Shown one piece after another: positions 42,395 through 56,809 of a stretch of 64,000 nucleotides of DNA. This stretch comes from Eledone cirrhosa. Lineage: Eukaryota. Under the pieces are notes generated by a model, which made no database searches, was not told the origin of the DNA, and saw only the letters and a list, made by a program, of their open reading frames with translations. The stretch is taken from positions 55,738,001-55,802,000 of the forward strand of contig OZ024749.1 of assembly GCA_964016885.1 (NCBI GenBank). Reading direction: 5' to 3'. Position 1 is the first letter of the stretch. Each line of letters starts with the position of its first letter. A program made the position numbers and the translations under genes.

Positions 42395-42651
42395 AAATGG
42401 TGTATAATGATGAAAAAGCGACAGCTGTTGACATGACAGAAACAAACATCTTGATGGAATCTCAACAACTACACACCATAGTAAGGTGCCACCCATAGTT
42501 ATAGAATACATATACACGATTATTATATGTCTCTCTCTATATATCTCTGTGTGGGGGTGTATATGTATGTTTGTGTATATATGTGTACGTATATATATAT
42601 ATGTGTGCGTGTGTGTATGTAATTATATTTATATATATGTGCGTGTGTATG

Positions 42652-42687
<36 letters not shown>

Positions 42688-42983
42688 CGTGTGTGTATGT
42701 AATTATGTATATATATATAAATGTAATATCTAAATAAATACATATACAGATACGTGTGTGTGTGTGTATAAGCGTATGATTCTTTCTGTGACTGTATGCA
42801 TACATATATACAAGTTTACACATACATTTTCGTTCATTACAACGCAATATATAAACGCACACATCACTATTTACATACATACTGATAATTTCATATATTT
42901 AAACAAATGTATGTATATATATATATTGTTCATGTGTGCGTGTGTATTTGCGTATGGGCTGGCGTGTTTTGTATTCGTGTGCG

Positions 42984-43017
<34 letters not shown>

Positions 43018-43956
43018 ATTATATATATATACAGAGAGAGAGAGGGAGAGAGAGAAATGAAAAGTATATACATATATATTCCTGTATCAATATTTGCTCT
43101 TTGGCCTTGAGATGATGCAAAAATCAGAGATGCTAGCCTAATTAAACATCTGCACCTCGCATTAATGCATTACGGCATTCCATACATTATGAGAGACAGC
43201 AGGAATCCAGCGAAATGTTTTCAAATTAAAACTTCGCCAGTCATATCTTCAACTGAAAAGGTTGTGAAGGTTAGTGAAAGAGGTGTAACTCTGAATTGAA
43301 CAGGTGTTACTAATGAATTCAGCTCACAGGTTTCTCTTACCACCCCACCCCTATATCTCTCTTCCCACCCCTACCTCTCTCTTCCCACCTTTACGTCTCT
43401 CTTCCTCATACCTCTATTCCCACCCTTATCTCTCTATCTCTGTCGCTCTTTCTCTCGTCTTTTCTCATTCTCTCATTCACCAAAAGCTATATTTTTACAC
43501 GTATAGTAATAATATACTGCACGAAAATTACGCTCAGCTGCATGTTTCATTGTTATAACCATATTGTTAAATATTATTAAATATTGTTAAATAAAATATC
43601 TATTAATATTATTGCAACTTCTATTGGAACATGGCAATTTTGGTGGGAATTAGGCTCTGAACATTTCCTGTATCAAGGCTCGATTTTCATCAGCGACGTT
43701 ATTATTTCTGTATTTTAGTTTATCGGATATCTTTGAAAATCTATACTCGAATAACATATTTCTCTTTTCACTGTTGTTGATGTTAGCCCCAGGCTGAGTC
43801 TGGGTCAGCAGATTTGTGATCATTCATGTAGACTTATAACTATTTTTTTAAATTCTGATACCATATATCTAAGCGTACATTATCTAATGTTTATATGATT
43901 GTAAAAATTTGGCAACTATTTCTAGTAGGATATTCCTAGTCTCTCTCTTTGTATGC

Positions 43957-44004
<48 letters not shown>

Positions 44005-44048
44005 TATATATATATCTTTATGCGTATGTATATATATATATATATATA

Positions 44049-44242
44049 GTAGTGAAAGAGTAAGGATAACATGGTCGGCTGTACAAAAAGGGTTTTATTT
44101 ATAGTATTAACAATTGTTTCATTGATCAGGTGAGTCTAAAGGTCGCTGATCACTCGAAATTGCGTCACTCGACCTTAAATACAGTCAGAAATAGCCGTCG
44201 AAACGGCTTGAGCTTTGCCGTCGGGGTCATACATTTTCCTAT
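44049..44242. mobile_element. Chimeric back-to-back join of two hammerhead-bearing families within (TA)n
   Basis: 44049-44182 (-) has GUAUU...UGAUCAG..CUGAUCA-AU-GAAAC AAUU GUU-AAUAC. 44183-44242 (+) is the family C arm ending ttttcctat, as at 828. Confidence 0.55.
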
Positions 44243-45621
44243 ATGTGTATATATATATACTGTATATATATATATATATATACGACATATAGTTTTGGGC
44301 TTAAAGCACAGATTTGAACTCAGAATGTAGAATGCTGTAAGAAATCCCGCAAGTTATTTTTACGATGTTGCAGTAATTCCACATATTCACCAAAGTATTG
44401 CTAACTATAAAAAGTTATGAAAGTTAATCTTAAACATCCTTTAAACAGAGAAATTATAGAAACACACAATTTTTGTTTCTTTTATCTACTTCACACAATT
44501 TGTAAATAATAAACTACTAGAAAGCAATTTATATGAGAGTTTCTAAACTTCTCTTCTCGCTATACTGGTCATCCAGAAAATTCCGGGCTCTAATGTTTGA
44601 AATTGCATCTTTCAAACATAGCAGCAGTCATTTACTAGTATGGCGGAAGATCATATCAGATTTCCCTCAAATCGAAATAGCTACGTAGACAACAAATACA
44701 CAGATACAGCAAACTTACTTGATGGCGCCCGCCTATCACATTACTGAAGTTCTCTGGCTATCACCCAACGCAAGATACAGTTGAATGTTACTGTGAAAAA
44801 GAGAAAAAAATTATAGGCTGGAGCTGAATCGTAACCATTTATCGATGGTCGAGATAACAAAGCAGAGAGTACGAAATAACACCAATATTTGGCAATGTGG
44901 CCAGTAAATTACGGAGTTACTATAAAAACATTTGCAACTGTTAACACAAATGAAATTTGTTAGGCTGAAATATATTTTTCAGCGACTGATCGAATGCATA
45001 TCTAAGATATTGATTTCTTTCTTCAGTCACTGAATTTGGCACTGAATATTATGCTGGCACAAGATAAGGAATAGCTCGAGACTATGTTATAATTATCCTC
45101 ATTGACATAGCTGTCCTTATTGATATCGTCATTGGCGTTTTCATCGCCATCAACGTTTCATCATCACTATTCTTCTAAGTAGAGATCTTTCTCTTTTTTT
45201 CTTGTTTTATTCTTAATAATTTTCAAAGTTATTTTCGTCTTTCTAGTTTTATTTTCTCTCATTCCCCTGGTTTTTAACGTTTACTTGCAATTGGCGTCAC
45301 TCCGACGAAGAGAGTGTGTGTGTGTGAGAGATTGTGTGTGTGTGAGAGATTGTGTGTGTGTGTGTGTGTGAGAGATTGTGTGTGAGAGAGATTGTGTGTG
45401 TGTGTGAGATTGTGTGTGTGTGTGTGTGAGATGGATTGTGTGTGTGTGAGATGGATTGTGTGTGTGAGAGATGGAGTGTGTGTGTGTGACAGATGGATTG
45501 TGTGTGTGTGTGAGAGAGGGTGTGTGTCTGAGAGAGAGAGATTGTGTGTGTGTGAGAGAGAATTTGATACAGTGGAGATTTTTGGCAATATTTGAGATCA
45601 AATCATTTCATGTCTAATATA

Positions 45622-45653
<32 letters not shown>

Positions 45654-45656
<3 letters not shown>

Positions 45657-45930
45657 GTATTGAGTACCTTACTAACTGTGGTTGCCCCCGATTGAACCCG
45701 TGATAAACTGGCCTTAATATGTATATGGTTTGCTGTAGTGTAGGTTGTTGTATTAGTGTCATTACCTGTGCTGTCTTCATGGGAATAGGTGTTAATAACA
45801 AGTTTGTTTATAGTTTAAACAACATCACTATTTCAGATACTGTTGTTGAATTTTATGATTTAGAAAATGCTCTAAATATAAGGGAATTAACAGATAATAC
45901 CGCATAGACATATTAAGAATATTATAAAAT
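45654..45930 (+). mobile_element. Penelope-like tail/5' region continuing beyond the 21517 end
   Basis: 45654-45708 aligns to the reverse complement of 21517-21566, then continues into unique sequence with a short ORF (45719-45907); starts at a TA array. Confidence 0.5.
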
Positions 45931-46003
45931 GAATAGTATAACTTTCTATCTGTCTATCATTCTACTTATGTGTAAATTCACACATGCACAAACAGCATAC
46001 ATA

Positions 46004-46004
<1 letters not shown>

Positions 46005-46036
<32 letters not shown>

Positions 46037-46261
46037 ATATGTATATATATATATATATATATTTATATATGTATATATATATATATATATATTTATATAT
46101 GTATATATATATATATATATATTTATATATGTATATATATATTTATATATGTATATATATATATATATATATTTATATATGTATATATATATTTATATAT
46201 GTATATATATATATATATATATTTATATATGTATATATATATATATATATATTTATATATG

Positions 46262-46312
<51 letters not shown>

Positions 46313-46313
46313 G

Positions 46314-46352
<39 letters not shown>

Positions 46353-46397
46353 ATGTATATGTATATTTATATATGTATATATATATATTTATATATG

Positions 46398-46429
<32 letters not shown>

Positions 46430-46469
46430 TATGTATATTTATATATGTATATATATATATTTATATATG

Positions 46470-46508
<39 letters not shown>

Positions 46509-46561
46509 ATGTATATATATATATGTATATATATATATATGTATATATATATATGTATATG

Positions 46562-46608
<47 letters not shown>

Positions 46609-46641
46609 TTATATATGTATATATATATATTTATATATGTG

Positions 46642-46680
<39 letters not shown>

Positions 46681-47552
46681 ATGTATATATATATATGTAT
46701 ATATATATATATTTATATATGTATATATATATTTATATATGTATATATATATTTATATATGTATATATATATTTATATATGTATATATATATTTATATAT
46801 GTATATATATATTTATATATGTATATATATATTTATATATGTATATATATATTTATATATGTATATATATATATTTATATATGTATATATATATGTATAT
46901 ATGTATATATATATTTATATATGTATATATATATTCATATATGTATATATATATTTATATATGTATATATATATTTATATATGTATATATATATTTATAT
47001 ATGTATATATATATTTATATATGTATATATATATTTATATATGTATATATATATTTATATATGTATATATATATTTATATATGTATGTATATATTTATAT
47101 ATGTATGTATATATTTATATATGTATGTATATATTTATATATGTATGTATATATTTATATATGTATGTATATATTTATATATGTATGTATATATTTATAT
47201 ATGTATGTATATATTTATATATGTATGTATATATTTATATATGTATGTATATATTTATTTATGTATGTATATATTTATTTATGTATGTATATATTTATTT
47301 ATGTATGTATATATATATGTATGTATGTATATATTTATGTATGCATATATATTTATGTATGCATATATAATTATGTATATATATAATGTTTGTATATGTA
47401 TGCATATTTATGTGTATATGTATGCATATTTATGTGTATATGTATGCATATTTATGTGTATATGTATGCATATTTATGTATATATATGTATGCGTATATA
47501 TACATATCTAGATATAATTATGTATATATATGTATATATGTGTGTGTGTGTA
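46005..47552. repeat. 1.5-kb TA-derived satellite with 20-bp higher-order unit
   Basis: gtatatatatatttatatat units are regular from ~46720. Confidence 0.95.
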
Positions 47553-49064
47553 TAATAAAGATGTAGTTGAGTTACGAATCAAGTAGCATTACAATACAAG
47601 TAGAATTTGATGGATGAGAAACGGATATGTGAACGTCGGAACGAAAGTTACTATTGCTTCAGTTGTTCGTTCTGACATCAAAGTATAATGGTTCTTCACG
47701 GAAATTATATTCGTATTTCGATTTGCCGAGTTTGCATGGGAATGCAAAATAAATCACAGATGCTGAATTGATTGTTGCAAAGAAAATCCCACAGTATCAT
47801 TCAGAAAATCTGATTTGTAGCAGTGGAATTGTTGTAACTTTATACTAGTTCTGATGTATTGCAGCACCGGGTGGCGAATTACTATACGGTATATATATTT
47901 TGGTTTCGTACCAAGGTCTAAATTATATTTGATTCAACTGGGTTTCGAAAAATATTCTAGTATGTGTATATATATATTGGCTCAATCTGTCTAATAGCGT
48001 ATCTTGTGAAAAGGTTTTCTTCAAATTCACAAAGCACGATCTTAGTTTCAAACCCAATGCAAAAGTATATTGAGCAAGTATTTTTAATTTAGCGGCGGGC
48101 CGATTTCAACCTAGTGATTGGATGTAGGAATTGAGGGTGGTGAGGTAGAAAGCAAAGAGTGGGAGAATAAAGTGGATAAAAGGACAAAAATGCCTGAGTA
48201 TTACAATAGTAATTTGTTAGTCCCAATATTTCGGATTCACCATCCATTATCAAGGGAGATCGATTTGTTTAAATTTTATATCCTTGTGGATTTAATTCCA
48301 TGACGAGATTTGGAATCAGAAGACAAGAAGCAAGAAAACACACACGCACACGCACACGCACACACGCACACACATATATAGACAGCCACATACACGTAAA
48401 CAGCGGGTAGAGTATCTCGTTCAACACTCTAACGAATCTGCCAGACTTGTACTTTGGCATAGTATCAGAGATTTGTAGAAGTGCGAAGTATGTTTGGTGA
48501 AATCGACCACTCTACGTACATAATTATTATTTAACACATGAGAGACAATAGCAAATTGAAAGCGAGATTAGAAAGATGAAAGTCATAGAGCGGTGTGTTT
48601 TTCTACTCATCCTTTCAAAATACCACTATCTACCTACATATATCAATCTATCTTTCTGTGTGTCTACCTCTCTGCATGCGTATCTTATCTGTCTATCTAT
48701 CTATCTGTCTCGCTATCTGCTTATTTGTCTGTCTGTCTGATGCGCAGAGTCCAGTCTGCCGCTCGGAGTCCATCTAGCCGCTCTAACACCAGGTCGTCAT
48801 TCTAACCCAAATTAACCACTTTCATCTATAACCTCAATCTAGCTCTAAAGAAAAAGATAATCAACAGTGAAACTCGGTGAGATGTCAGCTCACGGCTCAG
48901 ATTTCGGGAACGAATATCACACCGCATTCTGTCTGAAACTGTAATATCTTCGCCAGACGGCCGCCATATATGTTAATATTACATCTGGTACGTCGTATTG
49001 ATTTATAATACAGAAACCAGACTCCGAGAGGTGTAGATGTATGTGTGTGTGAATATATATATAT

Positions 49065-49105
<41 letters not shown>

Positions 49106-49288
49106 CATATATTACGATATATTATGACATTTGTTATATTATATTAGTAGTACATCTGGTTTATGTTAGTACTAAATATATTCTCCATTCCGTACTGGTA
49201 GAGTTAATATATACAGCAGCTTAACAGGAGAGATTGCTTTGCGGGAATGATAATACTACAAGGTCAAAAGTGCATGCATTGCTTTCTG

Positions 49289-49329
<41 letters not shown>

Positions 49330-49384
49330 TGCATATATACGTATACATACAAACTTATATATACTTACGTACAGACACACATAC

Positions 49385-49464
<80 letters not shown>

Positions 49465-49843
49465 AAAAGGTAAACAGAAATAACACAATCGGTATAGTAT
49501 ATGGAAGCTATATATCCCTGTATTCGTTTTGTTTTATTTAGTTACCACACACAATACACACACATATATATATATTTATGTATACATGTATATAGATATA
49601 CATACACAAGAAAGCAAGACGTGTATATGTGTGTAGATAGATAGATATGAATATATAAACATACCAACATATTATATTGGTAATGAAATACAAGCCCAAG
49701 TAATTCGTCATTTTCGATGAGTGAGTGTTAAGTTACTTAGAAATATATATGAAAATATAAAATAGATAAATACATAAATATCTGTATATGGCTATCTGAT
49801 TCAGTTTGAAAATCATTACAGATGGAGATAGAGACAGGGCGAA

Positions 49844-49874
<31 letters not shown>

Positions 49875-49970
49875 AAGAGATAGATGGATAGATAGATCGA
49901 TGGATGGGTTGATAGATAGATAGATGGATGGATGGATGATGAGGTCGAAATGGTGAGATGTAGCAGGTGA

Positions 49971-50036
<66 letters not shown>

Positions 50037-50283
50037 CGAGAGATGAAGATATGGACATAGTGAGATGTAGTGGGTGGAAAACAGAGACTAATAAAGAGAG
50101 ATAGGGATAGTGTGGTTATGAGAGAGAGAGATAATGAGAGACAAATATGTGCGAATTGAACAGTAATCCGTTCAGTTTTCTGGAGAAAAATCATTAAGAA
50201 AGGCATATGGCTATCATTGTGAGTAATTAAAACCAAAGATAATAATTCTAATATTGCTGCTACTACTACAACTAATAATAATA

Positions 50284-50976
50284 ATAATTGTTTCTACTTT
50301 TGGCACAAGGCCAGCAATTACCCTAGTGTATCACTGGTACTTTATTTTATCGACCCCGTAAGGATGAATGGCAAAGTTAACCTCGGCGGGATTTGAAACC
50401 AGACAGTAAAGGGTCGTAACTCTATGCTGATTAGCATGGCGTCCGATAATAATAATAAAGGCAATAACCACAACGACGATAATGATCACGCTAAAGATGA
50501 CGATGATGATGATTATAATAAGAGCAACAACAATATATGCTAAAACAGTAAAGATAAGACGTAATGATGATAATAATAATGGTTTCTTATTTAAGCACAA
50601 GGCCAGCAATGTTAAGGGGCGGTGGTGGTGGGGGGGTCGATTAAATCGACCTTAGTGTATGACTGGTACTTTATTTTATCGAGTCCGTGAGATGAAAGGC
50701 AAAGTTAACCTCGGTGGGATTTGGACTGAGAACGTAAAGGACCGTAAAACCATGACAAAAATAACAATAACAATAAAAACAACAACGACGATAATAATTG
50801 TTTCTACTTTTGGCACGAGGCCAGCAATTACTCCAGTACATTACTGGTACTTTATTTTATCGAGCCCGTAAGGATGAAAGGTAAAGTTAACCTCGGCGGG
50901 ATTCCAACTCAGAATGGCAATGGCCGTAACTCTATGCGTCAAAGCATGGCGTCCGACTCTCTACCGATACTACCAA
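50284..50976 (-). mobile_element. Three SINE family A copies
   Basis: 50284-50445 and 50794-50976 (short-tail variant) and 50578-50748 (long tail). Confidence 0.85.
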
Positions 50977-51199
50977 TGATGTTGTTGATGATGATTATAA
51001 TGAAATCAACAACAATAGTAACAACAATTATTAACAAAAAACAATGAAAAGCAAATATAATGTTAATAATAATATAAATAATAAAGCGAAATAACGGAAG
51101 TGTTTGCGCTGTTATTAGCTGCAGTTACAAGCAGCAGATATTTCTACTGCGTACGTCCAGGGGCTGTCGAGACAGTCAGTCAATATTTTCATAGCCTGG

Positions 51200-51243
<44 letters not shown>

Positions 51244-51311
51244 GGGTGTGTGTATGTATATATGTGATGAGTATCTCCGACAAGGAAGGAGAATGTGTGT
51301 GTAAGTATGTA

Positions 51312-51349
<38 letters not shown>

Positions 51350-51425
51350 TGGAGGGAGAGAAAGTGGGAAAGAGAGAATAATAACAATTAAATAACAAAT
51401 ATTATCATTATATACATACATGACC

Positions 51426-51496
<71 letters not shown>

Positions 51497-51887
51497 TAAT
51501 TTCATATATAGACAGATAAATAGGTAGATATATGGTAATAAAAGTATGGAAACAAATAAATATTGCAATGAAGGAAATAATGAAAGATATATATGAAAGG
51601 AAAATGATAAAAAAAGAAAAGAAATTCAAAGGAAACTAAAAACATACAAATAAATTAATGAAACTAAAAAGAATAAGATAAAATTAAGGAGAGAAAAAAC
51701 AATAATAGATAAAAATAATATAGATAATTCCGAACTGTTAATTCTCAGTGAAGCATTCATGCATGGCCACAGAAAAGTGTAAAATAATATTTATGAATGC
51801 ACACACACACATATATATATACACACACACACACATACACACACACACATATATATATACACACACACACATATATACATATGAATG

Positions 51888-51923
<36 letters not shown>

Positions 51924-52267
51924 CATAAAAAATATATATATACACACACAATATATATATATAAATGCACGCACACATGTGAGTGTGTATGTTTATATAT
52001 ATATATAAGGGAAAGAAGCCATTTTTTTTTTTTTTTGGCCAAAGATATAGTAGACAATTTAGAGTGCGTCAGAAGAGAGTTGAAACGTACAAGATAGAAA
52101 GAAAACAAAAACCAGTAAGGGATATACATGTAGAAATGGAAGTCAGATTTTATTGACTGGTTTTATTGGCCGGGACGGACAGGCAAATGATTTGGTTTCT
52201 AAAGGTCGGTTTGGAAAGATGAAATATGACTCTGATACACACACACAGCCACTTCTTATAGAAATAA

Positions 52268-52315
52268 CTTCTACAAGACGAGGACAATTTCATTCGTATG
52301 AAATCATCAGGGAAG
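52268..52315 (-). ncRNA. Hammerhead ribozyme candidate (canonical CUGAUGA, weak stems I/III) in TA-flanked element ~52008-52410
   Basis: Minus strand: CUUCC-CUGAUGA-U UUC auac GAA U-GAAA UUGUCCUCGUCUU GUA-GAAG. Stem II is nearly identical to that at 21596. Confidence 0.5.
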
Positions 52316-52430
52316 ACCCTTCTGTTCCGCTTCAGAAAAGTATTCTTAATTATATATACTGTGTTGTGGGTAGGACTGATGATTGTATTGTTTTGCGTTA
52401 GCTTCAGATATATAAGTATGTATATATATT

Positions 52431-52501
<71 letters not shown>

Positions 52502-54192
52502 CTTTTAATAGATATACATGTCATATGCACACTTCTACACTCACATATAACTATACCTATTTTCCAACAAAACATGGCGGGTGTGAAAACTGGTTTCCTC
52601 CCTTGATTAATATTCTTATTAGTGGCTCTTCCTCGTTGAAGCACAACCGTGGACCCTATAAACGCCTGACAATTAATGAATTTATTAATCAACACAAGTT
52701 CCTCGTTTTAGATTTGTTTGTGCGTTAGAAAACCAATTTTTTGCTATGAAAACATGGAGCTTCGACACTATATTTGGTAAAAAAAATCAACAACAACAAA
52801 CAAAACCTTGTTCTGGGAGAGGTACTGGGTTCGATTCTGTCCGAGCATCTCCGTTTTTCTGAGGGACTGTTACGTGTATCTTCACCTTCTCAATAATTTA
52901 ATATCAGCTTATCTTAAGGAAATGGGAAATACATTTTTATAAACAATATTTACTGCTAAAAGATTTCATTGTTTTACTTTGTATAAAACCATTATCGATG
53001 ATCAACGTATATAATAAATGTCCATGTGTTCTAAACACCAGTGTCATCTTTATTACAAGGTGAAGTTATATACTAATATTTGACCCCACCTCATCACATT
53101 GTGTTGACTGATGAGACATGCTATAATTCATAACTATATTTGGTCATATGACTGCATTATCCTCTGAGCTTATCTGTGGTTAAACAACAATAATGCCATT
53201 GATAAAACAAAACTTTGAGGCCCATAACTTAACATTTTTTCCCTCTTTTGAAAACGATTATATTTAATAATTATAAAACAGTGACGTTTCAAAAAGCTGT
53301 ACTTTATGGGGAAAGGAATACGTCATTCATTTTACTGCTGAAATAGAGAAACATTTAAAGTGCGAGACATCAACATTCGGAGACAACATTTACAAAACCA
53401 ACGAAGCATAAACTATAACTGAACGAAAAGTCTGCCACATGAATTGTGACAGAATCCGATAGTCATACATTGGCAAAGTGCTTAGTCTTTATTTATTTAT
53501 TTCTTCAGCGTACGTAAACCTTAACTTGAACCCGAGCTGGTTTCAAGGGCAGCTGATAGCTGATAATTAAACACGCAAAATATATATTATTAGTGAACGG
53601 GAAAAATCATTATCTTAAACTACATGAAAGAGATTCTTCCTGCAAGAATGTAATAAGATAAGTGTGTCTGTGAATGAGTCACTATTTTTTTCTGCAGATG
53701 TGTTTTGAAGAAAGATATACGTAAATCTATACCATTGAACTTCACCGAGAGGGTCTTAGTCAAGCGAAGCATTCAATTAGGCCAAATAGCAATCACACGT
53801 GGAACAAAGTGAAGGAGGGAGGTAAAATATGGCTATATACATTACATATTAGCGCAGTTGCTTCGGTAAAGACCCGGTCTTCTGAAGAACTGACGAGAAA
53901 TATTTTATGGTGTCACGCGACCTCTTAGAAATGGTAGCCAAATGTACCTCAAATCCCTTCCTACTCTCTAAAAAAAAATCTACTTATCAACTCACTACAT
54001 TTGTATAATGCACCAGCCCTTTATCGTTTCTACCACTATTTCAACTACACCCATACTTCAGAACGCATAGATACATGCCATATCTTGTAAAACCCGCTTC
54101 GGCTTGATGGGCCTCCGCTCTTGTGACATACTTTATATTTTAAATGTTTAACCTAATCGATTTCACATTTGACGAAGAACCCTAAATATGGT

Positions 54193-54416
54193 CTATATCC
54201 AATCCACTGCATCAAATGCTGCTTCTATGGCTGACACATTGGAGAAACTAGTCTGAGTTGATCCGATTGTTTTTGAGAGAATTTGTGATAGAATAGGACG
54301 TTCATTTCTTTTTAATGGCACACTAGCCTTCAGTTCGCTGTTCTTGATATCATTCAACACTCTTGTGTTTTGGTCCCAACGTGAACCACAGTAATTTACT
54401 CTCTTAGGGAGAGCTA
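54193..54416 (-). CDS. Possible terminal coding exon of an unidentified gene
   Basis: Non-repetitive open frame ALPKRVNYCGSRWDQ...AAFDAVDWI* preceded by tacttttcaaAG/tAG acceptor-like sequence; no recognisable domain. Confidence 0.3.
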
Positions 54417-54469
54417 CTTTGAAAAGTATCAATAATTGACTTCCTTTCTTCCAATAAATCCACCCGCAC

Positions 54470-54700
54470 ATACACTAACTAATGGACATTCTCACGCACA
54501 CACACTAACTAATGGACATTCTCACACACACACACTAACTAATGGACATTCTCACACACACACTAACTAATGGACATTCTCACACACACACTAACTAATG
54601 GACATTCTCACACACACACTAACTAATGGACATTCTCACACACACACTAACTAATGGACATTCTCACACACACACTAACTAATGGACGTTCACAAACACA
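54470..54700. repeat. 28-30-bp minisatellite (ctaactaatggacattct(ca)n), 8 copies
   Basis: Direct reading. Confidence 0.95.
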
Positions 54701-54992
54701 CACATACACTAACTTATGAACGGCCACACATGCACTTTACCCATACATTTAACCTATGCACTTTACCCATACTCCTCCCCATCCCATTATCAATCACCTA
54801 ACCCCTCCTTCTCTATATTTATATCCATCATGTTTTGTTTGCACCTTATTTTTCCCCTATTATGTCTACAAACTTTTATGTTATTATATCAATTATCACA
54901 TTCATTTTATTTTGTCAATATCTTACCCGCTCACACTCTTATGTCAATAAAGGCAGAATTGTTAACACTACTGCATCATTCTTTCTTCTTCC

Positions 54993-55030
<38 letters not shown>

Positions 55031-55568
55031 ACCTCCCTCTCTACCTCTCTCATTCTCTGTCCATCTCTGGCGCTCTCTCCCTCTCTGTTTCGCTCTCCCT
55101 CTCTGTTTCGCTCTGCCTATCTCGCCCTCCGCCTCTTTCCCCCTCTCTCTTCCCATCTTCCTCTCTCTTCCCATCTTCCTCTCTCTTCCCATCTTACTCT
55201 CTCTTTCACCCTCTCGCTATCGCTCACACACACATACAGTTCTATACTTACACATACGCAACCGTTCATATCGTACATTTAATACCTTCAGTGCACGACT
55301 GACATTAGCTGTCACTCAAACACTCTCTTCTGCCAGAAAGTAATTACCTTCACCCACATCCGTGCCCCTATTATTAAGAAAGCTTCTTCTATAAACATAC
55401 GCACATTTTTGTTTACTATATATTTCCTTCACACCTCTTCATCTATCTAGTTTGACAAAGGGCAGATCGTCCAAAATGTCGTTTTCTCCTCCATTTCTTT
55501 ACAGCGTAATAGATTGACGTTATACTGTTATTCCTACTTCATTGTATTTATTTGCTTATATAGACGAT

Positions 55569-55665
55569 GTGAAGGTGCGTAGCTTAGTCGTTAGAGCATT
55601 GGGTTTGCAATTATGAGGTTGTGAGTTCGATTCTCGGACCACGTGTTGTGTTTTGTCCTTGAGTA
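55569..55665 (+). mobile_element. SINE family B, 5' tRNA-like head
   Basis: gtgaaggtgcgtagcttagtcgttagagcattggg...gagttcgattc. Confidence 0.75.
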
Positions 55666-55786
55666 AAACGTAATATATTTAATTTCACACCATGAGTATC
55701 GAAATCACCATATTTGTTAACCTATCAGCTAGTATGTATGTATATATATATATATATATATATGTATAGTATATATACACACACAC

Positions 55787-55826
<40 letters not shown>

Positions 55827-55898
55827 TATACATACATATATATATATATAATGTATGTATGTATAGTATATATATATATATATATATTTATGTGTGTG

Positions 55899-55990
55899 AG
55901 TGTTTCCCAAAAATGTATATACACTTCAACAGCATTCTAATAAATATTGCCTGTAAAGGTAATGAAAGTGTGTATATTTTTGGGACACTT
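55899..55990. mobile_element. Tiny Tc1/mariner-type MITE remnant
   Basis: Imperfect TIRs agtgtttcccaaaaatgtatatacacttc / gaaagtgtgtatattttttgggacact, resembling CAGGGTGTCCCAAAA-type ends. Confidence 0.5.
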
Positions 55991-56809
55991 TATATATATA
56001 TATACTGTAAAATCCCTTTTTCTTAAATATACGATACTTACTTGACATTCAAGATTATGATGCAGCATCAAACTCTAGGAATCTAGACACTAACACTTTA
56101 AACAAAACATTTAAAACATCGTTGAATACCCAGGGCTAACCACTAGCTTTCCGTGTGAGTGATAGCTGCTTTACAAGCAGTCTATTTCCATCACACGCTA
56201 CATATTTCGTATTTAGGTAGCCAATCTCTCAAATTGTGAAACCCTTTAGCTGGGAGCTAGCTATTGTGCAAGCGAAAGGAGTGAATATCTACGTGACCTG
56301 TTAAAACTTATCTGTTAAAAATAGCAGTTGAATCTCCCTCAAACCACATCAAATCGTCTTAAAAATCGGCACGTTGGATAATGTATCCCGGAGCAATGTA
56401 CACAATGCAGAGAGAAATGATAAAAGCGATAATAATGAGTAATCGTTGGAATTTCTTTTGCTCAGTCTGCATGGGTTGATGCTAATGTGGGGCTAAATTA
56501 CAACTACAACTACACCACCAACAACTACGTCACAAACTACACCACTACCACCACCAACAACAACAAATCTCAATACCCTGACAATAACGCCGACATGATG
56601 GCGCGATCATGTAAATACTTGCTGATGTTAGCTGTAGCTGTAAAGATATGGCAGTGTCATCTTTCAAGTGAGATAGGGGGCAGCATCAGGCTCCCACTTG
56701 TCATACACTTGTCAACCTTACCTGCAATGGGTGACATGACTTCCAGAGGATTTCTCTCACATGTCATTCATTCCAAGACCTAGCCTAAATTCCTAACGTT
56801 ACGTGTCCA

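Noticed and set aside
45929-47555. 450-485 aa YI-rich ORFs, and similar ORFs at 17855, 25579 and 26952
   Set aside because: Stop-free translations of TA/CA/GTT microsatellites.
52064-52095. Second hammerhead (CAGAAGA-GAGUU-GAAAC)
   Set aside because: Stems I and III cannot be closed with an NUH triplet.
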